Shown: in pieces, positions 46,223-56,909 of the stretch
How the letters are laid out: the number at the start of each line of letters is the position of its first letter
How positions within the stretch are numbered: the stretch's first letter is position 1
Translations under genes and position numbers: made by a program
NCBI GenBank assembly: GCA_020137815.1
Contig: CM035358.1
Coordinates: 7,874,001-7,938,000 of the forward strand
Source of the DNA: Hormiphora californensis
Taxonomy: Eukaryota > Animalia > Ctenophora
DNA: 64,000 bases
Direction of reading: 5' to 3'
The notes under the pieces: generated by a model
Databases searched by the model: none
What the model was told of the DNA's origin: nothing
Seen by the model: only the letters and a program-made list of their open reading frames with translations

Positions 46223-49200
46223 TGTGTGTGTGTGTCACACAACCAACACTTGTTATCCCTCTCATTCTCACACACACACACACACACACACACATACGCA
46301 GGGGGAATTAGTGTTGGTTGTGCGTAATGCACCGACAATAGTCAAGAAGAGAAAGGGGAGGATTGGAGAGATTCATACACTACCATTGCAATTGGCTCTC
46401 TAAATTGTCAATATAGGGTGAGACAGGGTGAGACTAAATTTCCAATCTAATCAGAATATTTCCAATGCCAGTGCCCCATATTGCCACGCGCTTGGAAATC
46501 TCGGTAATATACCAATTCTTGGTGTTCGAAGGAAATAGCGCTAATTAGCGATTTTAGGAGCGCTAATTAGCGCTAATTAGCGCTAATTAGCGCTATTTAA
46601 GATTTCGATATTTATAAAAAGTGTTAGAAGCGCTAAAAATAGCGCTATTTTATAAAATAGCGCTATTTGTGACCGCTAATTAGCGCTAATTAGCGGTCAC
46701 AAATAGCGGTAATTAGCGGTAGCGCTATTTTAGCGCTTTTTGCACTTAAAAATAGCGCTATTTTAGTAGAAAAATAGCGGTTCTAAATTTTGTGTTAATT
46801 TCAAATTTGATAACACCGCTATTCAAATAGCGGTCCTAAAAATTTTGAAATAGCGCTATTTAAGAGACATCGCTATTTGACGTATCTAAGCCATGATTGG
46901 TTGGCGTTGATCACGTGATTAAATAAATCCTTATGATTGGTCAAAATCTGTAACCGCTAATTAGCGCCATTTCTTAAAGATTAGCTATTTTTATTTACAA
47001 ATTAGCGCTAATTAGCGCTAATTAGCGCTATTAACAATATGAAAATACCGCTAACTAGCGCTAATAAGCGCTAAATAGCGCTAAATAGCGCTAATTAGCG
47101 CTATCAACAATTTGTAAATAGCGCTAATTAGCGCTATTAATACAATATATGTATATTACTTTGTTAATAGCGCTAATTAGTGCTAATTAGCGCTATTAAC
47201 ATTTTGCAAATAGCGCTAATTAGCGCTTATAAGTGCTAATAAGCGCTAACTAGCGCTATTTGAAAATTATTAATAGCGCTAATTAGCGCTTATAAGCGCT
47301 ATTAACATAATAGTAAACGTTTAAGTTGATAATAGCGCTAATAAGCGCTAATTAGCGCTATTAATAGTTTGCAATTAGCACTAATTAGCGCCTATTAGCG
47401 CTAATAAGCGCTAACTAGCGCTATTTGCAAATTATTAATAGCGCTAATTAGCGCTATTTAGCGCATTTCACAAAATAATGAATGTATATTTTGTTAATAG
47501 CGCTGATCAGCGCTATAGACAATTTAAAAGTAGCGCTAATAAGCGCTATTTCCATATTATTAATAGCGCTAATTAGCGCTAATTAGCGCTATTATCAACT
47601 TAAACGTTAACTATTTTATTAATAGCGCTAAAAAGCGCTAATTAGCGCTATTAATATTCTGCAAATATCGCTAGTTAGCGCTAATTAGCGCTAATAAGCG
47701 CTAATTAGCGCTATTTCCATATTATTAATAGCGCTAATTAGCGCTAATTAGCGATATTATCAACTTACACTTAAACTATTTCATTAATAGCGCTAATAAG
47801 CGCTAGTTAGCGCTATTAATATTCTGCAAATAGCGCTAGTTAGCGCTAATTAGCGCTAATTAGCGCTAATTAGCGCTTTTTTCATATTATTAATAGCGCT
47901 AATTAGCGCTAGTTAGCGCTATTATCAACTTATACTTTAACTATTTTATTAATAGCGCTAATAAGCGCTAATTAGCGCTATTAATATTCTGCAAATAGCG
48001 CTAGTTAGCGCTAATTAGCGCTAATAAGCGCTAATTAGCGCTATTTCCATATTAATAATAGCGCTAATTAGCGCTAATTAGCGCTATTAATAAAATAGTT
48101 AAAGTATAAGTTGATAATAGCGCTAACTAGCGCTAATTAGCGCTATTAATAATATGAAAATAGCGCTAATTAGCGCTAATTAGCGCTTATTAGCGCTAAC
48201 TAGCGCTATTTCCATATTAATAATAGCGCTAATTAGCGCTAATTAGCGCTATTATCAACTTATACTTTAACTATTTTATTAATAGCGCTAATAAGCGCTA
48301 ATTAGCGCTATTAATATTCTGCAAATAGCGCTAGTTAGCGCTAATTAGCGCTAATAAGCGATAATTAGCGCTATTTCCATATTAATAATAGCGCTAATTA
48401 GCGCTAATTAGCGCTAATTAGCGCTATTATCAACTTATACTTTAACTATTTTATTAATAGCGCTAATAAGCGCTAATTAGCGCTATTAATATTCTGCAAA
48501 TAGCGCTAGTTAGCGCTAATTAGCGCTAATAAGCGCTAATTAGCGCTATTTCCATATTAATAATAGCGCTAATTAGCGCTTAATTAGCGCTATTATCAAC
48601 TTATACTTTAACTATTTTATTAATAGCGCTAATAAGCGCTAATTAGCGCTATTAATATTCTGTAAATAGCGCTAATTAGCGCTAATTAGCGCTATTTCCA
48701 TATTAATAATAGCGCTAATTAGCGCTAATTAGCGCTAATTAGCGCTATTATCAACTTACACTATAACTATTTTATTATTAGCGCTAATAAGCGCTAATTA
48801 GCGCTATTAATAATATGGAAATAGCGCTAGTTAGCGCCAATTAGCGCTAATAAGCGCTAATTAGCGCTATTTCCATATTAATAATAGCGCTAATTAGCGC
48901 TAATTAGCGCTATTATCAACTAATACTTTAACTATTTTATTAATAGCGCTAATAAGCGCTAATTAGCGCTATTAATATTCTGCAAATAGCGCTAATTAGC
49001 GCTAATAAGCGCTAATAAGCGCTAATTAGCGTTATTTCCATATTAATAATAGCGCTAATTAGCGCTAATTAGCGCTATTATCAATTTATACTTTAACTAT
49101 TTTATTAATAGCGCTAATAAGCGCTAATTAGCGCTATTAATATTCTGCAAATAGCGCTAGTTAGCGCTAATTAGCGCTAATAAGCGCTAATTAGCGCTAT

Positions 49201-52200
49201 TTCCATATTATTAATAGCGCTAATTAGCGCTAATAAGCGCTATTATCAACTTAAACTTTTACTATTTTATTAATAGCGCTAATAAGCGCTAATTAGCGCT
49301 ATTAATATTATGCAAATAGCGCTAGTTAGCGCTAATTAGCGCTAATAAGCGCTAATTAGCGCTATTTTCATATTATTAATAGCGCTAATTAGCGCTTATT
49401 AGCGCTATTAATAAAATAGTAAAAGTTTAAGTTGATAAAAGCTCTTATTAGCGCTAATTAGCGCTATTTCCATATTAATAATAGCGCTAATTAGCGCTAA
49501 TTAGCGCTATTATCAATTTATACTTTAACTATTTTATTAATAGCGCTAATAAGCGCTAATTAGCGCTATTAATATTCTGCAAATAGCGCTAGTTAGCGCT
49601 AATTAGCGCTAATAAGCGCTAATTAGCGCTAATAAGCGCTAATTAGCGCTATTTCCATATTATTAATAGCGCTAATTAGCGCTAATAAGCGCTATTATCA
49701 ACTTAAACTTTTACTATTTTATTAATAGCACTAATAAGCGCTAATTAGCGCTATCAATATATTCCAAATAGCGCTAATTAGCGCTAAATAGCGCTTATTA
49801 GCGCTAATAAGCGCTATTTGCAAAATATTAATAGCGCTAATTAGCGCTTATTAGCGCTATTAATAAAATAATAAACTTTTAAGTTGATAATAGCGCTAAT
49901 TAGCGCTAATTAGCGCTATTAATATATTCCAAATAGCGCTAATTAGCGCTAAATAGCGCTTATTAGCGCTAATAATTGCTATTTGCAAAATATTAATAGC
50001 GCTAATTAGCGCTTATTAGCGCTATTAATAAAATAATCAACGTTTAAGTTGATAATAGCGCTAATTAGCGCTAATTAGCGCTATTAATATATTCCAAATA
50101 GCGCTAATTAGCGCTAAATAGCGCTTATTAGCGCTAATTAGCGCTATTTGCAAGATATTAATGGTAGAAGGGCCACGGCCCTTGAACACCGCCACGTGGC
50201 GGTTTTAACCGCCACGTGGCCCCTGGACGTGGCGTCAATTCTCAGGACGTGGCGCCAATGAGCCTTTTTGGCGGTGTTCATGTGGCGTTAATAGTCGAAA
50301 TTGGCGCTTCGAATTGGCGCTTTTCTTTTTTGGCCCCAGGGGCGTGGCGTTGGCCCCAGGACGTGGCGTCAATTTTTGAGTGGCGGAGATGTCAAAATTT
50401 TTTGGCGCTTTCGGATGACGCCACACCCGAAAAATTCGAATCGCCAATTTGTTTTTTTGGCCTATCATTTGGCGCTAATTTTTGGCGCTAATTTTTTGGC
50501 GCCATGTAAATTGGCGCCATATAAACTGATGCCAGAAACCCCTAGTGGCCCCTAGGGACCCCCAGGAGGCGCTAGAGTCACCTAAAAGCCCCCTAGAAGG
50601 CTCCAAGAGACCCCTAGAGGCCACTAGAGTCGATTAGAGTCCCTCAAAAGCCCAGAAAGATCGAATGCAGCCCCAGATGAGCACACAAGGCCCCCAAAAA
50701 GCCACCAAAGTTCTCTAGAGTCCCCTGAAACGCCCCAAGAGGACACCAGAGGTCCCTGAATGCCCGTAGAAGTCCCTAAAGACCCACAGAGGCATCAAGG
50801 ATTGAACAGTTAAAAAAGAGCTGTGTTTATGTAAATATATCGCCATGTAAGAACTCAATTAGCGCCATGTAAATGGCGCTAATAATTACTTTGGCGCTTT
50901 GATGTGGCGGAGTTTATGTGGCGCCAATTATGTGGCGTCAATTATTGACGCCACACCGAAAATTCAAAAAACCACGTGGCGCTAAAATCGACTAAAAATC
51001 CATTGGCGCCATCCTTTCAAAATTGACGCCACGTCCTGGGGCCAACTCCACGCCCCTGGGGCCAAAAAAGAAAAGCGCCAATTCGAAGCGCCAATTTCGA
51101 CTATTAACGCCACATGAACACCGCCAAAAAGGCTCATTGGCGCCACGTCCTGAGAATTGACGCCACGTCCAGGGGCCACGTGGCGGTTAAAACCGCCACG
51201 TGGCGGTGTTCAAGGGCCGTGGCCCTTTTACCATATTAATAGCGCTAATTAGCGCTAATTAGCGCTGATTAGCGCTATTTTTGTAAGTGTTAATAGCGCT
51301 ATTTTTTTAGAAAAATTGCCCGATTAGCGGTTACAAAAAGCGCTAAAATAGCGCTACCGCTAATTACCGCTATTTTTGATCGCTAATTAGCGCTAATTAG
51401 CGGTCAAAAATAGCGCTATTTTGTGAAATAGCGCTATTATTAGCGCTATTAGCGCTATCGATAAATAGCGCTATCGCTAATTAGCGCTAATTAGCGCTAA
51501 TTAGCGCTATTAAAACCGCTAATTAGCGCTATTTCCTTCGAACACCAAGAATTGGTATATTACCGAAATCTCACCCTGTGTGAGGAGATGGACGTAACAC
51601 GCGAAAAAATAAAGTTTCATATGCCATTTTTTGAAAAATTTTAAATTTTTCAAATTTCCCCATTTTGAGAATAAATAACAATTTCAGTTTTATTACCTTT
51701 CTCTCATCAAATTTTGAAATGTTTTTCTAATTTATAAAAGTGAGATTTTAGGTCTGAAAGTGAGATCAATTACATTGTCATATTGGCGAACATTTCGAGC
51801 CGGGGCCGTCAGAGGGAGGAGAAGAAGGGGTTTGTATTCAAGTGTGTTCTTCTACGAACCTATCTCTCTCGAGACCCCTCTTTTACAAGTACATATTATA
51901 ATAGTAGTAATATTTAAATGATATAGTAATATAACGGAGTGCTATTCTTATAACAACCCTCTAGCACTGCCTCTATTACAAGTAGGTAAAGGGGTGTAAT
52001 TCTACAAAACAAGAGACTCTTATCTAAAGCCTGATAATTAACTCACAAACAAAGCAGTTACAGTCGGACCCCGATTTGCCAGAACCCTGATTTACCGAGA
52101 GGATAAACGTCCCCCGAAATAGGAAATTAACAGTATTTGACCCCCGATTTACCGGGCACTCCGTTTTACCGGGCAACACCTATATAACCAAGTAAATCAT

Positions 52201-53106
52201 GTTCCTAAGACGTCTCACATCGTATACAAAGAAACAAACAAGGTCTCTCACCTGTTGAACCATTCCCGATACATTTTCCTCAAGAAGAGCAAGGTATCCA
52301 TTAACTTCCATTAGTTTTCGTTTCAAATCGTTAATGTTGTGCACCGGCACTGTCCTGAAACAGAACACATGAGCGTTTTCATATATCGGAACCAGGGAGA
52401 ACACGAGCGTTACATATCGGGACCAGCTGGAGAACACGAGCGTTACATATCGGGACCAGGGAGAACATGAGTATTGTACAGACTAGGGATCGGGAACGTG
52501 GAGAGGACCCTCTCTAACACACACATGTAACTTACGATGGTAGTATCCGGTTTGTGGGGCGATATATTGTCTCCTCAAGGGACCTCGTCCACCTGTCCCT
52601 ATCATCACTATCAGCAGCCCGGAAATGAAATGTCTTCTGATCCACACTAATTGTAAAAGTGCTTTCGTCCGTGTCGTCAATTCCTGAAGGGTGGTCTACA
52701 CTATCGTTACTGGATTAGTTGTTAACTTGGGGACTGGGACAGGGTTACTGTATTAGTTGCAAATGTTGTTAATTCTTTGACACTTCATCTTGTTAATTTG
52801 TTAAGTCACTTAACTTAAGTGTAACTTAACTTAAGTGTAACTTTATAAAAGTCAGTATCTGCCATCATCCTGACAGCTGACTCTGTCACCTGATAGCCAA
52901 CCTGATAGGTATAATAATACCCTGATAATACCCAGTATAATACCTATGATGGCTCCCTTCAAGAAGATCTTCCCTCGTTTCACATCCCTCCTCACTTTCT
53001 CACGGCTGGTGTAATAGTTCAGACAGAGGGTCTGGTCATCGAGTACAAAGAACCTCTGTTGCCACCCTTTCATCATGTTGGTCCATTTTGAAAGGGCCCC
53101 TTCCAT
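36890..53106 (-). CDS. OSBPL9: Oxysterol-binding protein-related protein (PH + ORD), ORP9-like
   Basis: Approximate exons 53106-52945 ([25 protein letters not shown]), 52684-52533, 52354-52252, 45860-45746, 43207-43107, 39997-39830, 38321-38209, 37956-36890 ([39 protein letters not shown]). One 1-bp deletion near 37657 splits the ORD exon into the two listed ORFs. Confidence 0.9.
38333..38465. repeat. gtgagtaga/gtgacta minisatellite abutting an OSBPL9 splice acceptor
   Basis: Direct reading. Confidence 0.85.
39456..39681 (+). CDS. Candidate terminal exon of a small nested antisense gene of unknown function
   Basis: Polypyrimidine tract and ttcag acceptor, then a 74-codon non-repetitive open frame [74 protein letters not shown]. 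No family recognised. Confidence 0.4.
40566..42348. mobile_element. Non-autonomous hAT-like DNA transposon, 1783 bp
   Basis: 8-bp TSD ctgtaaac (40558-40565 and 42349-42356); termini cagcgaccgaa / ttcggtcgtttcctg; (ggttc)n subterminal repeats; internal inverted duplications; no transposase ORF. Confidence 0.85.
46511..51556. mobile_element. Foldback-type element whose body is a (TAGCGCTAAT)n satellite with ~120-bp higher-order units
   Basis: TIR accaattcttggtgttcgaaggaaatagcgctaattagcg / cgctaattagcgctatttccttcgaacaccaagaattggt; TSD is ATAT or TA (empty site cggtaatattaccga). Confidence 0.85.
50163..51232. mobile_element. 1070-bp TIR element inserted into the satellite
   Basis: ~220-bp TIRs ggtagaagggccacggcccttgaacaccgccacgtggcgg / ccgccacgtggcggtgttcaagggccgtggcccttttacc; 8-bp TSD atattaat; central cccctagag-type minisatellite. 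Confidence 0.9.
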
Positions 53107-53505
53107 ACTATAGGAAAAATAATGCCATCAAATTTCATCGGGTACCACACACGGTCACCCCAACAAATTTCAAACACAATGAACTCTGGGCACCCGGCAC
53201 TGGTAAATCAAAGTCGTAAACCTGACACCGTTTCGGGGCGGAAATAAAGAGCCAAAATGAGCAGGATTTGTATGGTATGAGTCACGGATTCGAGTAACGA
53301 GGAACCGCACGGAAATGTTCAGGCCTCCACCCAGGCTGCACCACTTGAGTCACCTGTCACGACGACCAATGACAGCTCAGATGACGATAGGGTTACGAGT
53401 GCGTGCTTTTCTGTCAAAAGAGGTCACCCCAATAAGAAATGTCACCCTGAGGGGGCTCCAGGTCTAAAGACGTAAAACGAAAATTTAAGAGTGAAAATAA
53501 AAAAC

Positions 53506-56500
53506 AGTAAATATTATAAATTATAAAAGAAGCCACATGCATCTGGCCTAACAATGTCAATAATAGTATATATAAATTGTTTTTGCCTGACTGGCTACAC
53601 GAAGAAAATCACATAAAATACATGCAACAGTTAAAGACTAGTATGTATGGTACAGATCTGATGAAGAGCCATCATTCTTGTTCCTTCCTCTGTAACCCCG
53701 AATAGAACAAGTTATGGAGCGGACCATTGAAAATGATAGACGAACACGGAGGTATCGAATACACTCCTGGTAGGTATAGCCAGTTTTCCGCGATTTCTTG
53801 GTTGCGAGTTGCTTCAGAGTTCTGCTGAACTCTTGACCAAGTCCACCGGTCGTTGACATAACGAGGGGAGTAAAAGAAGCTTTTTCCACCTCGAGAATGC
53901 GATGTAGATAGTTCTTCTTCTTCCCTTCCTCGTGCTTGATATACGTTTGAGGGATATCCTGAGTCTCATTAGACTGTGCCCTTGGGTTAAAAACCCTTAC
54001 GTCAAAATAGGTGCAGTCCATTGGTCCCCAGAATCCCCTCGTTCGAATGTCAAGGCGAGCTCCATCCTCTGTAATGGTCCCAGGTGGTAGTTTTGCTCCT
54101 CTAACTTCCAGTAGGTGGGGTTCAGCCTTAGTGTCGTAGCACACTTTGTCCAGCTCCGCAGTTAGAAAGTCTCGAACGCAATCGTGTCTGACCGCAACAA
54201 ATCCCCCGCGTTTGCATGACATGGAGTGATCGATGCTGTTTTCCTCCCCACAAACGCACTGTGTTGCTCTCGGCTGTCCCACTAGTGGGAGATCGTATCG
54301 TGCTGAGATTGAATCAAAGAACTCCTGGCGATTGAGTGTGAGCTTCAATGACTCTAGGGGTAGACAAGTGAGCCATGTTGATGCCCCTTTCTCGCTGAGT
54401 AGATCAAGGTTCCTCGCCTCTCTTGGCTTGATTGACTGAACGATTTTTTCCCTGCATTCCTTGTGATAATTAGCTTTGCCAGTTTTGATGCTGAGGGCTA
54501 GGGCTTTCTCTGTCTCAGGATTCGGTATGTATTCTACGTCTTGTTTCTGGATGGCCTTCTGAAGTTCTTCTGTCGCTTTCAGTGAGTTCTGGTACTCCAG
54601 GTCAGCCATGTGACAGGGGTTTTCGACACCCAGCCCTCCCATTCTCGTAGGAAGTTCCATTATGGATCGTAGCGTATCAGGAATGAATGGTTGTCCTGTG
54701 ATGGCTGGGAGGAATTTCTCTCTGATTGCCTTCTCGATGGGCTCTAGTTCTGTAGCGATCCCTGGTGTTGTCCGCAGCAAGTAGTTCCACTTCTTACTCA
54801 ACCCGATTGTGTAGGCTGAATAAGCTAGTTGGGGTTCGTTGCAGGCAATGTCGCTCAGTTGTTCTATCTCCTCGACCCATGTCTTCACTTCATTCTTCAC
54901 CCACTCCTTCATTCCATCATCGCTCCCAATGAAGGAACCCAGGTAACGGTGACCAACAGTTGTTATGTTGACATCTGGAAACAGTTCCTTGGCTCTTTCC
55001 TCCTTGTCTTCTTTCACAATCAGCCAACTTTTCGAAGGCTCAGGGTAGTATCCAAAGCCTGGACCCTTCTCTTTTACCTTGCTCCACCACTTCTCGATAA
55101 TGGCTAGAGTGCCTCCGCCACCTGCATCATCTGCATAGAGGATCTGAAAGAGTTCATCATCTAAAGAGTTTTCAATGTTACGGAGAGAATTAGCTAATGG
55201 CATTAGGCCACATGCATACATAGGCATGGCAGTGGTATCACCCTGTGTTGTGCCTTCTTTTGATAGTAGGGTGTCATGTGAATTTCCATCAGATATGAAT
55301 AGTTTGGCTGGCAAGCCGTATGTGTTTGATAAATACATGCTAAAATCACGACATAAATAATCAATATTGCTTAGAGCAACTTTTCGGTTTAAAGAATTAA
55401 AGGCATTGGACGCGTCAATTAACAGTATACATTCACATTTATCATCATTAAATTTTTCTCTTAAAGCATGCACTGCAGCTTCAACACCACTCTTCAGTCC
55501 CCCACACAGTTGTATTGGGGCTGTTGCCTCTATAATGTCAGGTTTTAGGACCGTTACAACAACTTTCCCCACAAGCCTTCGAATCACTTCACCCACACCG
55601 ATCGGCCTGATACCTGCTGGCTTTTTCGATAAGGGAATCAGTCTGCTAGCAACGAATGCTTCAAGGTAGATGGGATCAGTATTTTCAGTTGCCAGTTTAG
55701 TTGCAAGGGTGGCGATCGCCCGTGCTAGGTCATACGATTTGGGTTTGAACTTCTTGCACAGCAGAATGTGTTTCCAGAGTCCAGCGTCAGCTCCAGACGG
55801 ACCACCTGATCCCGTAAGGTGTTTGGCAGCACGGAGCACTGATTCAGGGGTAATGCTAGAGAAAATCACGTCGTTGGTGGGCAGCACAGGGCCATGAAGG
55901 AAGTAAGTTGAGTCAGCCGGCTCCGGGTGTTTCAGTTTCAGCTGATTGACAACTGCCGAGGTGATAGGAACCGGTGCTACTCCACATGCAGAGTTTTTGA
56001 TAGCTCGGAGTGCAGCCCCTACCCTACCCTGAAGCATGAGTCGAGTGAATGCTTTCGTGCTGTTTTGTTGCTGGTTAGTGTTGGACTGTACTAGTCTCTT
56101 CTGGATCACTCTCCCTTCTCTAAGTAGAGTCTGTAAGTCGCCATCATGGAAGAGTTTCAGCCTGTGATGAAGAAACTTCACATGGTCTTTAGTTTTGCTA
56201 TCAGAAGAAGGTTTCTGTAACAGTAAAACAAAAGCTACCATCAGTTTGGTTAGAGCCACAGGCTTCATATCAGAGTCTGAGTTAAAGAGGTTGATAATTT
56301 CAGTAATTTCATGAATGAAGGCAAGTCCAGCATCACCTGAGGGGACCTGAAATAAGTTCTTCCTCCATAGAACCACTTCTGAATAAACCTCCCGGATCTC
56401 TGAATAAAGTTTTTCAATTGAGTTGGAGGGTACAAAAGGTGCAAAGCTACGTTTAGTGTCTTCCAGGAGTTTCATGAGCTCTGCTCTTCGCATGTTAGAT

Positions 56501-56904
56501 TTGGGTTTAACTCCGAGTGCCGTTAGTTCGGCTTTCATTTCATGCATTGTCTTTTTCGGCTCGGATTCGGGAGAACAATTAGCAGGGGGAGTTTCACATG
56601 AGGGACAAACCCAATACGTACCATTGTTTGAAATGTCTCTGAAAGTGGCAAGACTTATCTTAGAGCAGGTTCGATGGTACCATGCCTGGCATGAGTCGCA
56701 CTGAACACCGTCCTCAACTTCTTGGTGGCAGGTTGGGCATGGATACTCGATCGTAGTAGGGTTAGCCATTATAATCGGTCATAGGCTGATGGCTTCGTTT
56801 TAGGCCTGCCCGTATGGGCGGTTGCTCATCCTGCGTGGAGATCTCAAATTAATTTGTTTAAAGTAGTGTTGAAAAGTAGTGTTGAAAAGTAGTGTTGAAA
56901 AGTT
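53506..56904 (-). mobile_element. Full-length CRE-clade (RLE-type) non-LTR retrotransposon beginning with a spliced-leader exon
   Basis: 14-bp TSD tgaaaataaaaaac at 53492-53505 and 56905-56918; single intact ORF; 73-nt 5' UTR after the SL; AT-rich ~130-nt 3' UTR without poly(A). Confidence 0.9.
53638..56769 (-). CDS. Retrotransposon protein: PHD finger, SAP/HeH-like helix pair, reverse transcriptase, Zn knuckle, restriction-like endonuclease
   Basis: CPTC..QCDSCQAWYHRTC..WVCPSC (PHD); IRPIGVGE, IDASNAFNS, GTTQGD, YADD, YLGS (RT); CVCG..HSMSC..RHD; RLDI..FDVRV..HEEGKKKNY..FTPLVMSTTGG (RLE). Intronless, 1043 aa. Confidence 0.95.
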   Translation of the reverse strand: MANPTTIEYPCPTCHQEVEDGVQCDSCQAWYHRTCSKISLATFRDISNNGTYWVCPSCETPPANCSPESEPKKTMHEMKAELTALGVKPKSNMRRAELMKLLEDTKRSFAPFVPSNSIEKLYSEIREVYSEVVLWRKNLFQVPSGDAGLAFIHEITEIINLFNSDSDMKPVALTKLMVAFVLLLQKPSSDSKTKDHVKFLHHRLKLFHDGDLQTLLREGRVIQKRLVQSNTNQQQNSTKAFTRLMLQGRVGAALRAIKNSACGVAPVPITSAVVNQLKLKHPEPADSTYFLHGPVLPTNDVIFSSITPESVLRAAKHLTGSGGPSGADAGLWKHILLCKKFKPKSYDLARAIATLATKLATENTDPIYLEAFVASRLIPLSKKPAGIRPIGVGEVIRRLVGKVVVTVLKPDIIEATAPIQLCGGLKSGVEAAVHALREKFNDDKCECILLIDASNAFNSLNRKVALSNIDYLCRDFSMYLSNTYGLPAKLFISDGNSHDTLLSKEGTTQGDTTAMPMYACGLMPLANSLRNIENSLDDELFQILYADDAGGGGTLAIIEKWWSKVKEKGPGFGYYPEPSKSWLIVKEDKEERAKELFPDVNITTVGHRYLGSFIGSDDGMKEWVKNEVKTWVEEIEQLSDIACNEPQLAYSAYTIGLSKKWNYLLRTTPGIATELEPIEKAIREKFLPAITGQPFIPDTLRSIMELPTRMGGLGVENPCHMADLEYQNSLKATEELQKAIQKQDVEYIPNPETEKALALSIKTGKANYHKECREKIVQSIKPREARNLDLLSEKGASTWLTCLPLESLKLTLNRQEFFDSISARYDLPLVGQPRATQCVCGEENSIDHSMSCKRGGFVAVRHDCVRDFLTAELDKVCYDTKAEPHLLEVRGAKLPPGTITEDGARLDIRTRGFWGPMDCTYFDVRVFNPRAQSNETQDIPQTYIKHEEGKKKNYLHRILEVEKASFTPLVMSTTGGLGQEFSRTLKQLATKKSRKTGYTYQECIRYLRVRLSFSMVRSITCSIRGYRGRNKNDGSSSDLYHTY

Positions 56905-56909
56905 TGAAA
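56843..56909 (-). other. Genomic copy of the ctenophore spliced-leader exon with an internal 13-mer triplicated
   Basis: Minus strand reads TTTCAAA(CTTTTCAACACTA)x3 CTTTAAACAAATTAATTTGAG, matching the ctenophore SL as recalled (...TTTCAAACTTTTCAACACTACTTTAAACAAATTAATTTGAG). It is followed by ATCTCC rather than GT, so it is not an SL RNA gene. Confidence 0.85.

Larger units (their letters stand above)
46083..51804. mobile_element. Outer non-autonomous TIR element hosting nested insertions
   Basis: TIR cccggctcgaaatgttc / gaacatttcgagccggg; 8-bp TSD gccgtcag (46075-46082 and 51805-51812). Confidence 0.8.

Noticed and set aside
53281-53474. Short + strand open frame (VTDSSNEEPHG...)
   Set aside because: No start codon or clear splice sites, and no recognisable homology.
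56843-56909. Functional SL RNA gene or SL-gene-targeted insertion
   Set aside because: No GT donor or SL intron follows on either side of the element, and the empty site reconstructed from the TSD lacks SL sequence.
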